64,000 nucleotides of DNA, taken from positions 1-64,000 of IMG/VR virus record IMGVR_UViG_3300029288_000151. The stretch is one strand, 5' to 3'. The notes beneath the pieces are model-generated. The model ran no database searches. It saw nothing but the letters and a program-made list of their open reading frames with translations, and was not told where the DNA came from. A program made the position numbers and the translations under genes. The stretch is from a virus. Lineage: Duplodnaviria > Caudoviricetes. Every line of letters starts with the position of its first letter. The first letter of the stretch is position 1. Below, piece by piece: positions 38,926 through 47,755 of the stretch.

Positions 38926-39501
38926 TTACAGCTTGATTGTGCGCGCGGCCAACACCTGAGGTTCGATGAACAGACTGCAAGTGCGGATCTGAGCAGCCAG
39001 AGTTGGAATTGCTCCTGCTGGCAAAGAAGCTTTCTGAACCGGACTATAATTCGGGTACAGAAGACACCTCTCAACGATCATGTCCTCTACCTGGTCTTCT
39101 CTGACATCTTCTGCTAAAGAAGTAAGCAACTTGATCCACTCTTGCCTGCGAATGTAACGATAACAATAAATCACATCATAGATTTCAACAACGAATACAC
39201 TGCCGAAATTCTGCTTCCACACGGCTAGTTGCTGGAGGTTGGGTGCGTTCGCATCATATTTCTTTATCAGGGCGGCGACCTCTTCGAGCCTCTTCTGTGG
39301 ATCGCTCGACAAAGCCGGAATCTCTTCCTGGCCTTCCTGTCCTGGCCCAGCTTCTTGCTCAGGTTCTCCAGGGACAAACCCCGCTTCCTCCATAGCAGCC
39401 ATCTCCGCCTCGACATCGATCTTGTCAGGGGCACCAAATCCTGCGGCAGCTAATGCGGCTGGCGAATTAAACTTCTTGGGCGTTACCTTTGGGTTAACCA
39501 T
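38926..39501 (-). CDS. Tail assembly chaperone-like protein 1
   Basis: Lies between tube genes and tape measure; WKQNFGSVF...YRYIRRQEW...ERCLLYP...LPAGAIPTLAAQI; GGAGG RBS. Confidence 0.65.
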   Translation of the reverse strand: MVNPKVTPKKFNSPAALAAAGFGAPDKIDVEAEMAAMEEAGFVPGEPEQEAGPGQEGQEEIPALSSDPQKRLEEVAALIKKYDANAPNLQQLAVWKQNFGSVFVVEIYDVIYCYRYIRRQEWIKLLTSLAEDVREDQVEDMIVERCLLYPNYSPVQKASLPAGAIPTLAAQIRTCSLFIEPQVLAARTIKL

Positions 39502-39523
39502 AACTTATTACCTCCGATTTAGG

Positions 39524-40348
39524 TTACGAACGATTTCGTGCAATGAAATCATAGTTCTCGATGATTACATCTTCAGACACTGTTATCTGCTTTGACTCTC
39601 CTACAAAATGGACGTCAAGCAATTTCTGTATAGAGTGGTTGACTCCATTAGGAGCCCCCATATCTCCATATGTAATCCATATATCAATGGCGGGGTACTG
39701 GTCAAGTCTGCGATGTCGCAAAGACATCTCTTCTGTTATTTCATATTCCGATTCTGATAGGTTTCTAGAAAACAAAGACGATCTTGTTACCGCATTATTC
39801 CTTTCGGAACCGTACCAGATTGCGTCTTCAAACTTTTCGGCATAATTCTCAAAATCTCTATCAGTGAGGGCATTTATCTGCCGAGCCACCTGAGAGGCCG
39901 TCAAAAGACCACTCTTCATATCGCCCATCGCCTGCTCGACATTCCTCGTCGCAATTCGATTCTTTTCAGCTTTCTTGGAGGCAGACATCAAATCAGTCAC
40001 AGAAGCTTCGTTCGCGCCGGGCATATCCTGATTATAAGAAGGAGACACCGCGCCACCCTTACAGGCTCTATTGTAGTAATCCTTGATTGCAGAGATCAGG
40101 TAACCGGATTCCTTAAAATTTATTCCAAGGCTGCCAGAGATGAAGATGTTCCCGGCCGCAACAAATTTCCAATAAGGAGAACCATAACCAAATACAGGAA
40201 CCTTTTGCTGATTCAGGTTATAAGAGATCCATACGGCGGTATCAATTATGATGTCCCCGACCATAACCTGTACCTGTGCGCCGTTATAGTAATCATTCTC
40301 ATAAACGACTAGTCCAGCGCCAGGAGAGATTTGTTCTAAGTTATCCAT
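39524..40348 (-). CDS. Tail tube-fold paralogue 3 (tube initiator/baseplate-tube junction-like)
   Basis: YYNGAQVQV...ISYNLNQQKVPVFGYGS...ISGSL...DQYPAID aligns with the tube protein. Confidence 0.65.
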   Translation of the reverse strand: MDNLEQISPGAGLVVYENDYYNGAQVQVMVGDIIIDTAVWISYNLNQQKVPVFGYGSPYWKFVAAGNIFISGSLGINFKESGYLISAIKDYYNRACKGGAVSPSYNQDMPGANEASVTDLMSASKKAEKNRIATRNVEQAMGDMKSGLLTASQVARQINALTDRDFENYAEKFEDAIWYGSERNNAVTRSSLFSRNLSESEYEITEEMSLRHRRLDQYPAIDIWITYGDMGAPNGVNHSIQKLLDVHFVGESKQITVSEDVIIENYDFIARNRS

Positions 40349-41230
40349 TTAAATATATGGGTTCCTACGTTTGGCCGTAGCATCTTTCTGTAGTTCTTCC
40401 CAACGAAGCTGAGAAGCAGTCCTTGGTTTGAATTTATCAGTTAGGACTCCATTATTAACGTCCGTCGCCCTAGACAGACTATCTCTGATTGGATCTATAT
40501 CTCTAGCAACGAACTGCATTGTAGACTCAGAAAAGAGATCTTCGATTGAGAAGGTCGTTCCCTCACTCACAAACTCAAGTCCCCAAACAGTAAGGTATGA
40601 AGTATTCCCATACTCATTGGCAAATACCATCGTCACATCAAGTGGTGGCAACTGGTCTGGAAGCATAGTGGTGTCGTGGTAAAAATCATAATCTCTGCCA
40701 ACTTGACCTGTGCTATAGGGATTCAGTCCAGCAGTAAGTAACTCTTGGAGAACGTGCTTGTGAAAGACGGTGAAGATAAGCGTCCCTGCAATTGTTCTAG
40801 AACAGCGGACGAAAGATCTTGGGTAAACAGCCCCAAGGCACCTTACTGGAGTCTTGGGGCGGAAGACAGACAAAGACATAGTCTGGGCTTCAATCAAAAC
40901 TTTCGTCATTACCGCGCCGGAAGAAGAAGCAATGGCTTCCTGGATATTAGATATCTTGGTTGTTATTACTCCTTGCAGCTCTTTTATCTGCTGCGCGCGA
41001 GAAGGAGAAACCCTAAAGTCATAATATTCTTGATCAAGTTCTGTTAATCGATTCTTTAAGTTCTGTATCTCTAATTGTCCATTCGTGTTATTGATCGGGA
41101 TGTGGACCACGATCTTGGCATCACAGCCACTATAACTGCCGGATAAGAAAGGAGAACCAACCGGACTTCTCGTCCCATTGTCATAGGCACTATTTCCAGT
41201 CAGAGGATTTTGAGTGTTTGTGGCTATCAT
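40349..41230 (-). CDS. Tail tube-fold paralogue 2 with coiled-coil insertion
   Basis: SYSGCDAK...SLSVFRPKTPVRCLG...RTIAGTLIF...DQLPPLDV...ANEYG aligns with the tube protein. Confidence 0.7.
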   Translation of the reverse strand: MIATNTQNPLTGNSAYDNGTRSPVGSPFLSGSYSGCDAKIVVHIPINNTNGQLEIQNLKNRLTELDQEYYDFRVSPSRAQQIKELQGVITTKISNIQEAIASSSGAVMTKVLIEAQTMSLSVFRPKTPVRCLGAVYPRSFVRCSRTIAGTLIFTVFHKHVLQELLTAGLNPYSTGQVGRDYDFYHDTTMLPDQLPPLDVTMVFANEYGNTSYLTVWGLEFVSEGTTFSIEDLFSESTMQFVARDIDPIRDSLSRATDVNNGVLTDKFKPRTASQLRWEELQKDATAKRRNPYI

Positions 41231-41269
41231 GCTCTTCCTAGCGAAGAGGAGGTGTTTATAAACAAATGT

Positions 41270-41929
41270 TTATAGAGGCTGCGAAATCATACCGGTCGTA
41301 AGATTTATGTTCGCCTCATATCGCCAAGGAACGATTCCATGAGCGAGGAAAGTGTAGCTATGTTCTGATACGATGTCATCAATGCTGACGCCGTAACCAG
41401 AGTTCATAAGCTCGACACCAAGAATCTGCATGGAGGCTACTGCCCCATACTCGTTGGCCGCTGCCAGAACAACATCAAACGGAGGGATCTGGTCAACATA
41501 CCAAGGATGAGCAAGTTCTTGATCGCTCCAAACGGTTGTCAGTTCGCTTTCCTGTAACTGGGCAGGAAGACCAGCTGCGTTTCCGCTTCCGGTACCAGCG
41601 ACTGCCGCCGTAGGATTTGTCACGTTGGTTGTCAGAGCATAGTCTGGCCTCAGATCGTCGGTGTCCGACAGGAACCGAAGATTCTTAAGCTCGTCAAGCA
41701 GGGGCTCGCTATCGAACTGGATGAATACCAGACTTCCTGCGATCCCTCGTTTGCCTCTAGCAACAGCTCGCATATCGGCACTGCCCATTGTGTAGATGGG
41801 CGCCTTTTCGCGAGTGACGCTGTAGCTAATGCCCTGAAGCGTACCAATCGTTTTCGAACCAAAAACAGCCTTAATGTCTACACCCGAAAAGCTGTTGTGG
41901 CCTCTAGTGAATTCGCTTTGAATTGCCAT
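41270..41929 (-). CDS. Major tail tube protein
   Basis: 219 aa, directly after the sheath, strong GAGGAGG RBS, biased codons; SFSGVDIK...ISYSVTREKAPIYTMG...RGIAGSLVF. Confidence 0.8.
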   Translation of the reverse strand: MAIQSEFTRGHNSFSGVDIKAVFGSKTIGTLQGISYSVTREKAPIYTMGSADMRAVARGKRGIAGSLVFIQFDSEPLLDELKNLRFLSDTDDLRPDYALTTNVTNPTAAVAGTGSGNAAGLPAQLQESELTTVWSDQELAHPWYVDQIPPFDVVLAAANEYGAVASMQILGVELMNSGYGVSIDDIVSEHSYTFLAHGIVPWRYEANINLTTGMISQPL

Positions 41930-41951
41930 TAAGAAACAACCTCCTCGCTAC

Positions 41952-43874
41952 TTATTCCTTTGCGAGCGAAATGCTCACATTGATTTCTCGCAGTTCGAAG
42001 GCGGGTACCAGAGTAAGCGCCACATCCGCTTTCCCGGCAACACGCATGTCCGGAGTCTGATAGATTTCGAACTCGCGATATGCAGTCAAGAACCCTGCTT
42101 TCTTCGCACGAAGCAGGACACCATCAACAGCCGAATGCATTGCGCTGCGCTGAGCATCCGAGGTCCCTTCGCCGATGAACGGGTCAAGAACTTCACGGAC
42201 TGCATCAATAACGTTCTTCACGATACGGATCGTGCTCAAACGCTTATAGTCTGAACCAGGCAGAGATGCCGTTGGGGCATCAGCGATTACAACTCCCTGC
42301 GGCTTCTCGCGAAGAGCAACGTACCCGCGCTTCGCAAGGAGGTCCAGTTTCCGAACGCCGATCTTGTAGTACAGCTGCACACCAACAACCGACTTGTTCG
42401 TTGGGGCACTGGAAGGAGACAGCGAGTAATACATACCGGCATAACTCGGGGCATAGGTCCCGATGTAACCCGCGCCGCCTGCAACATAATCATTGCGGAG
42501 AACCGGCCAGTCAACAACAACACTCAGGAACTTCCCGAGGTCGATTGGCTGATCGTTATCATCTGTTGCCTCTTCGTCTCCATCAAGCCATTCTGTCGTA
42601 GTGGCGATAAACCCGCCACCGTAAACACCACTGCGGTAACCATAAGAGCCAGCCATGTAGCGGTTACCAAGGAGCCCAGAACCGTTATCCGAAGCGGAGT
42701 CAACGGTATAAGCACCAGTGACGTTATTGACAGTATAGGTTGGCTCTTCGCCAAGCCATGCTGCCATATCGGCAAGGCTAGGAGAATTGAACGGACGGAC
42801 ACCGATTACGCCAGTAGCATCAACGTTATTGGTGCTGTAGTCGAACATGAAGTATCCGAGCTGATGAGCAAAATTGACCTGGTGCCAATCTGCACTTGTA
42901 ATGGCCGTACCGTCGATCTTGGTTGTTGCCGAAGCAGAACCAATGCCAGCCGGGAAGATGTCTGCTGTAGCATTCCCTGCGCCAGCAACCGTCTGGAACT
43001 TCCACCACCAGTAGTAAACTCCCTGATACTCTTCCATATAAGCGAGACCGAGAGAGTCAACACTTGTCCCTGGAGTATTGTCGCCGTAATCCGGATAAGA
43101 GTTAGCCCCATTATCCGAGTATGGCCGATCAGAACCGTTCCCCTCGTCAGTGAGGTTTAGGTCATCCATGTAGACATCCATCGGAATACAGATATCGAAT
43201 TCGTATTCTGCGAGGAGTTTATAGGCCCGGTAAAGCTTCTCGTACATTTCCATTCTGGAAAGGTTGAGCCCATCCGTCCCAGCCGTATAAGAATAATCAC
43301 TCGTCGCCGGAGTAAGATCGATGATGTCTTCCAGAACTACTGGAGTCGATGCTGTTCCGATATCATCCCAAGAACCAGTCGCCCGATAACCAGAAACAGT
43401 AACATCAAAAGTATTGATCGGAGCCGTCTTGTCGTTGTCGTACACAACTGAATCATCTTCTGTGTTGTATACAACCAAACGATCCGTTGTGTCGTCGTAG
43501 TAAACAGAGTACGCCGCCCCGGCAGTATCGTCCTGATCCGAGGTCTCAATTGTATAACCAGTGCCAAGAGTGGCCTGGCCGCCAATACCAGAAACGATTG
43601 CAGACGTTGCTCCAATTCGGAACAGAATTACGTCTTTAGCTCCAGCCTTTTTAACCTCATAAAGGCCGCGAACCAGAGTGCCATCTGTGCTGAAAGTAGT
43701 CCGAGCGAGATGGGTTGACCGTACGTAATACGGAGTCTCTCCTGGTCCCGAAGAAGCGGTTCCAATGATGAGAATACCCTTTGTCGAATCCAAACTTTCC
43801 GGCGCGAGATTACCGTCGTTCTTTAGAACCTTTACCCCCGGAAGATATTCAAGCTTTGGAATCCCTGTGGACAT
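41952..43874 (-). CDS. Tail sheath protein
   Basis: 640 aa. N-terminus LPGVKV; C-terminus LSTIRIVKNVIDAVREVLDPFIGE...VALTLVPAFELREINVSI is typical of sheaths. AGGAGG RBS. Confidence 0.92.
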   Translation of the reverse strand: MSTGIPKLEYLPGVKVLKNDGNLAPESLDSTKGILIIGTASSGPGETPYYVRSTHLARTTFSTDGTLVRGLYEVKKAGAKDVILFRIGATSAIVSGIGGQATLGTGYTIETSDQDDTAGAAYSVYYDDTTDRLVVYNTEDDSVVYDNDKTAPINTFDVTVSGYRATGSWDDIGTASTPVVLEDIIDLTPATSDYSYTAGTDGLNLSRMEMYEKLYRAYKLLAEYEFDICIPMDVYMDDLNLTDEGNGSDRPYSDNGANSYPDYGDNTPGTSVDSLGLAYMEEYQGVYYWWWKFQTVAGAGNATADIFPAGIGSASATTKIDGTAITSADWHQVNFAHQLGYFMFDYSTNNVDATGVIGVRPFNSPSLADMAAWLGEEPTYTVNNVTGAYTVDSASDNGSGLLGNRYMAGSYGYRSGVYGGGFIATTTEWLDGDEEATDDNDQPIDLGKFLSVVVDWPVLRNDYVAGGAGYIGTYAPSYAGMYYSLSPSSAPTNKSVVGVQLYYKIGVRKLDLLAKRGYVALREKPQGVVIADAPTASLPGSDYKRLSTIRIVKNVIDAVREVLDPFIGEGTSDAQRSAMHSAVDGVLLRAKKAGFLTAYREFEIYQTPDMRVAGKADVALTLVPAFELREINVSISLAKE

Positions 43875-43887
43875 TTATAACCTCCTA

Positions 43888-44592
43888 TTAATCCGTCTCT
43901 TCTGAAGTCACATTGACATTAAGAGAGATCTCTTTCAGTTCCTGTGAGGAGAGATGAGCAGTGTCTTCTGACCGCACATAATAGATCAATGGATAACTTG
44001 TTATATCCAACCCATCGATCTTTGTTCTATCTCTATTCCCCATTCCTTCCTCAATCACTAAAAATCCTTTCGCCTTAAAATACCAATTATATGAGTCCAT
44101 TAACTTTGAGAACCAAAGCGCCCTTTTCCTGGCCTGCTTATTGGTTCTCGCATAAACGCGAAACTTAATATAATTATCGTACATTTTGCCCATAGTTACC
44201 AACTTTTCACCAATATGCTCTGGATGGTCTACAATGCTTCTTATATGGGCGCGTACCTCTTTATGTCCAGGAGCCCCCGTCGATCCTTTACTATACAGCC
44301 CAGGAGTTCTTGAATGAATCTCAAAGGTTATAGTCTCTGTGTCTAGTTTCTCCGGGGGATCTTCCTCTACAAACATAACTACTTTATCGTCCGCAATTCC
44401 CTCTGTCTTCTGCTTTGAAAATATCGCAGCATGAACAAGGGGGAAAAACTCATTCAGGTCGCGGGCGAGAGGTTTTCTCTGATCCTGATTTATCTGTTGC
44501 GACATCTGATTGATATAAATCTCAACGATATCATGCGAAGTTTCCGCACTGAGATCAGGAAGAGTATTCATATTGTCAGTGTGTGTCACCAC
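43888..44592 (-). CDS. Putative tail terminator/completion protein
   Basis: 234 aa directly upstream of the sheath; IKFRVYARTNKQA...WF..LM pattern. Confidence 0.5.
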   Translation of the reverse strand: MVTHTDNMNTLPDLSAETSHDIVEIYINQMSQQINQDQRKPLARDLNEFFPLVHAAIFSKQKTEGIADDKVVMFVEEDPPEKLDTETITFEIHSRTPGLYSKGSTGAPGHKEVRAHIRSIVDHPEHIGEKLVTMGKMYDNYIKFRVYARTNKQARKRALWFSKLMDSYNWYFKAKGFLVIEEGMGNRDRTKIDGLDITSYPLIYYVRSEDTAHLSSQELKEISLNVNVTSEETD

Positions 44593-44602
44593 TAAATAAA
44601 TC

Positions 44603-45157
44603 CTATGGTATCATCGGTCTGTTCGTTCTAGAATTCACACCATACCAAACAGACCATTGCCTCTCTTCTTGCGTCTTGCAACGCCAATATTCGATCCTTC
44701 CATTGTCGGATCGAAACGCCTCGGCTTTCAATATCTTATATAGATATTCTCTTTGAACTGGGGCGGCAGGATTGCCATCTACATCTAATTTGACTTGGAC
44801 GATATAATCTTCGTCCCTCAGTTCTTCCGAATACTTTATGTAAAAGTTCAATTCTCCCGTGGGAGTACGCGAACTCTCATCCTTATAATACACTATTCTA
44901 TATTCGTCCCAAAGAAAGCCCATCCCCTGGCACGGCCTACAAAGGAAGTCTTTCTCAGCTTCATCAGAAACATTCTTCTTGCACTCGCAAACGACTCTCT
45001 TGTCACTATCATCGCGCCGCATTTCGCGGTACAAACCTACTCTACCTTTAGCGATCTCGTCGAAAGCGCCAAATAAGGTTCCCTGTAACTCCGCTCTCAG
45101 ATCGATCTCTTTAGGAGTACTCGTTGTAGAAGAATAATAAACAGGAGAACGAGGCAT
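44603..45157 (-). CDS. Putative head closure/stopper protein with Cys cluster
   Basis: CECKK...CRPCQGMG Zn-site-like motif; position in the neck cluster. Confidence 0.5.
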   Translation of the reverse strand: MPRSPVYYSSTTSTPKEIDLRAELQGTLFGAFDEIAKGRVGLYREMRRDDSDKRVVCECKKNVSDEAEKDFLCRPCQGMGFLWDEYRIVYYKDESSRTPTGELNFYIKYSEELRDEDYIVQVKLDVDGNPAAPVQREYLYKILKAEAFRSDNGRIEYWRCKTQEERQWSVWYGVNSRTNRPMIP

Positions 45158-45159
45158 GG

Positions 45160-46221
45160 TTAATCACTGCCTCTACTTCTAAAAGTCCTTAGCCTGCGCC
45201 TTGGAGCTTTGTATTTAGAAGTATTGGCGGCTGAAGTTCCACTATTACTGAAGATTCCAGAAGTTGGCTCCCATTGTCTGCCGACTGATATTACATCGGC
45301 TGCCCAAGCTCCTTTAACTGAATAACCAGGTCTTAGACTTGTTTCTGGCGTTACGCCTCCACCATTCTGAAGAGCGACTTGCCATCTGGCCACACAGTCC
45401 TGGAGCCGATTAAGCTGATCTGAAAGTCTGTTGTAGCCGCCGCCACGGGAAACAGAGAGATCAGCTAGCGTCTTAGACATCCGATCAGACAGACCAGAGT
45501 CTCCCATAAGCCCTTGAACCAACATTGATTCGGCAAGACAAGTTGTGTATTCGCGCCGAGCACTCTTGAAATAATCCTCGTTTACGTACCCAATTGAAGA
45601 GAAGAAGTCGTTTACTTCTGCCTGTAGACTCGCTTCAAGGATGGCTAAATAAATAGTCTCATCTGGCACATCTGTGACCATGGCTCCAAGATCAAGTCTT
45701 ATCCGCCGCAAAGAAGAGTAAAGGGGGTCATATGTCGTAGTGAAGTAATAGAAGACTTCATCACCAAGAGTAGAACCATCTGTGGCCGCGATGTTCTCAG
45801 ATAGGGTCAAGTATACGATATTATTATCATAAAGCTGCGTCGTCCCTACAGACCCACCGCCGACAATAGTAAAAGAGAACGTCGAATCTAGCTCTTCTAA
45901 ATCTACTGTCCCCTCCCAACGATCAAATCCGGCTCCAAGTTCAGAGTCCTCTGGGATCAGGAAAGTAAACGTATATTTGCCTGCAGATTCTCTGACCGCC
46001 AGACGCAGAGGATCTGCGTATGGACCTTCTCCGCCACTAGTTAGGGAGACATTATAGACCCAAGCGTCGTCAGTAGTTACATCAGGATCTTCTGGGTCTT
46101 TGCCAGGCGGGTAGACCGAAATCAATAGGTCAGAAGGATCTGTATAACTTAGATTCGCATCTAAGAAATGGGCAGAGAGGACAATATTAGAGCCACGCAA
46201 AGCTGAGTGTCTTCCTGACAT
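45160..46221 (-). CDS. Putative head-tail adaptor with N-terminal beta-sandwich
   Basis: C-terminal half RIRLDLG...DETIYLAILEAS...ARREYTTC...SKTLADLSVS resembles adaptor proteins. Residues ~130-163 resemble the last strands of a Big_5 domain. Confidence 0.5.
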   Translation of the reverse strand: MSGRHSALRGSNIVLSAHFLDANLSYTDPSDLLISVYPPGKDPEDPDVTTDDAWVYNVSLTSGGEGPYADPLRLAVRESAGKYTFTFLIPEDSELGAGFDRWEGTVDLEELDSTFSFTIVGGGSVGTTQLYDNNIVYLTLSENIAATDGSTLGDEVFYYFTTTYDPLYSSLRRIRLDLGAMVTDVPDETIYLAILEASLQAEVNDFFSSIGYVNEDYFKSARREYTTCLAESMLVQGLMGDSGLSDRMSKTLADLSVSRGGGYNRLSDQLNRLQDCVARWQVALQNGGGVTPETSLRPGYSVKGAWAADVISVGRQWEPTSGIFSNSGTSAANTSKYKAPRRRLRTFRSRGSD

Positions 46222-46236
46222 TTTTCCTCTTTAAGC

Positions 46237-46710
46237 CTAGTCGCCCGGTATTATTTTGGGCCGCGCAAGCGCTATGTCTTCTAATTTATTTACTAACTCT
46301 CCCATTGTACCATCTTCTTGATGCTGATTAGAAACCTCGTCCCATACAGCATCGGCGACATCACGGACAACTAATTCTTCTTGAGCAATGTAGGTATTTG
46401 TGGCATCAGAGAGAGAATACTCAACCAAATATTGTCCTGATTCTAATTCTTCCGGTTCCCAAAAATATCTCCATGTCGTTCCGCTAATCAAGGACAGCGC
46501 CGTTGGCTCTAAGTCAACAACGTCATCCCCTTCCTCGTCTACATGGTAAACTCTTACAGTGGCCCCAGTAAAACCCGTAGCTCCAGTGTCGCCAGTGTCT
46601 CCACGAAGGCCAGTGGGACCTGTGGCCCCTTGGCTTCCAGTAGCACCAGTCGGGCCAATTGGCCCAGTCGCTCCTGTTGGAGCAGGACCAAATTTAGAGA
46701 CTATTGCCAT
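46237..46710 (-). CDS. Collagen-like (G-X-T) repeat protein fused to a small beta-domain
   Basis: About 13 Gly-X-Y triplets, mostly with Thr in Y, followed by VRVY...WRYFWEP...GQYLVEY, which is paralogous to 46714..47085. Confidence 0.8.
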   Translation of the reverse strand: MAIVSKFGPAPTGATGPIGPTGATGSQGATGPTGLRGDTGDTGATGFTGATVRVYHVDEEGDDVVDLEPTALSLISGTTWRYFWEPEELESGQYLVEYSLSDATNTYIAQEELVVRDVADAVWDEVSNQHQEDGTMGELVNKLEDIALARPKIIPGD

Positions 46711-46713
46711 CTG

Positions 46714-47085
46714 TTAAAAGTTATTCCTTCTAATTAAAATCCTAAAAATCCTTTCAAAATCAGCAGCTAAGTCTTCCTCTGTTAAATCGTCTCTTACGAT
46801 TATGTCTTCAGAAGTCCGACTTTCTTTCGCGTCTTCATCAACAAGGTAGTATTCGGCGACATACTCCCCAACAGCTAATGAGACTGGCTCCCATAAGTAT
46901 CTCCAAACGTTTGCTTCCTCTACTTGCGTCAATGCTGTAGCGGCTAAACTCTCAATTTCTACTCCTGTCATTAAAGAATAAACTCGAACCGTGCCACTAA
47001 CAATGTTTGTTTTTGGGGTGCCGTCAACATCAGAGACATAAGTCTGCAGAACAACAAAATCTGGATCTGGAGATAATATAAGCAT
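46714..47085 (-). CDS. Small beta-sandwich virion protein
   Basis: 123 aa; VRVY...WRYLWEP...GEYVAEY. Confidence 0.65.
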   Translation of the reverse strand: MLILSPDPDFVVLQTYVSDVDGTPKTNIVSGTVRVYSLMTGVEIESLAATALTQVEEANVWRYLWEPVSLAVGEYVAEYYLVDEDAKESRTSEDIIVRDDLTEEDLAADFERIFRILIRRNNF

Positions 47086-47112
47086 ATCCTATTATACCGT
47101 AAAGATTATATT

Positions 47113-47418
47113 TTATGCGCGAGTGCGCCCACGCACCAGCAGGATGTAATCATCTGTTGACTTGTAATTGGAATCCCATTTTGCGCCATCCCAATTAAAT
47201 CTCTCAATCCTTTGTATTTTGACCAAATCACTAAATCTTAACCGAACCATTTTCTCGTTATATGTCCTCAAATGAGACGGATCTTTAAAACTTGGCACAG
47301 AGAAAACAACATCAGAATTAGGAGGTAGCCGCATCAGCAAAGCTCGATCGTCTAAATGTTCGAGAGCTTCCAATATTACATAAGTGTCGTAGCCATAAAG
47401 ATCTTTTGCAAAAACGTC
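47113..47418 (-). pseudogene. C-terminal remnant of a class I SAM-dependent methyltransferase-like gene
   Basis: The frame is open from 47430 and reads DVFAKDLYGYDTYVILEALEHLDDRALL...VVFSVP, a typical post-motif-I MTase segment (D-x-V-x-x-x-E-x-L-E-H-L; FSVP). The N-terminal SAM-binding GxG part is missing. Confidence 0.6.
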
Positions 47419-47651
47419 TCGCCTGTACAGTTAGACAACGAGAAATTGCGAGCAGCAGCATAATCATCAATCCATGGGAATTTATAAATTTTTGCGCCAA
47501 ACTCAGCAGCAATTTCCATGCTTCGATCTGGTGGATCTTCTGGCAAACTAGTATCAACAACGATTAGTTCGTCTGCGCCCACAACAGACTTTAGGGCGGC
47601 AGCCAGGCATGACTCTTCTCCGCGAACAATCATACTTATATTTAACTTCAT
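47376..47651 (-). pseudogene. Truncated GT2-family glycosyltransferase (N-terminal ~78 aa only)
   Basis: KLNISMIVRGEESCL...DELIVVDT...WIDDYAAARNFSLSNCTGE is a classic GT2 N-terminus. The sequence breaks just before the expected WILxLDADE (DXD) motif. Confidence 0.8.
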
Positions 47652-47755
47652 CTATCTGCCTTGGCCTTAAGTTATCTTAAATAAACGGGACCCACGAGGA
47701 AAGTCTAAAACTGCCCTGCGTAAAATGCAAGCAGGAACACATCCATGTCAGCACG

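Noticed and set aside
38919-38926. Tail chaperone G/GT-type frameshift
   Set aside because: The two ORFs are separate, with their own start and no evident slippery site; they are paralogues.
43872-43886. T4-like late promoter TATAAATA in AGGAGGTTATAAATG (also at about 53495)
   Set aside because: It lies between the RBS and the start codon, too close to act as a promoter for that gene.
47405-47420. Programmed -1 frameshift joining the GT2 and MTase frames (GTTTTTGCAAAAG)
   Set aside because: Not a canonical X XXY YYZ heptamer, and the fusion would lack both the GT2 DXD and the MTase SAM-binding motif; a deletion explains it better.
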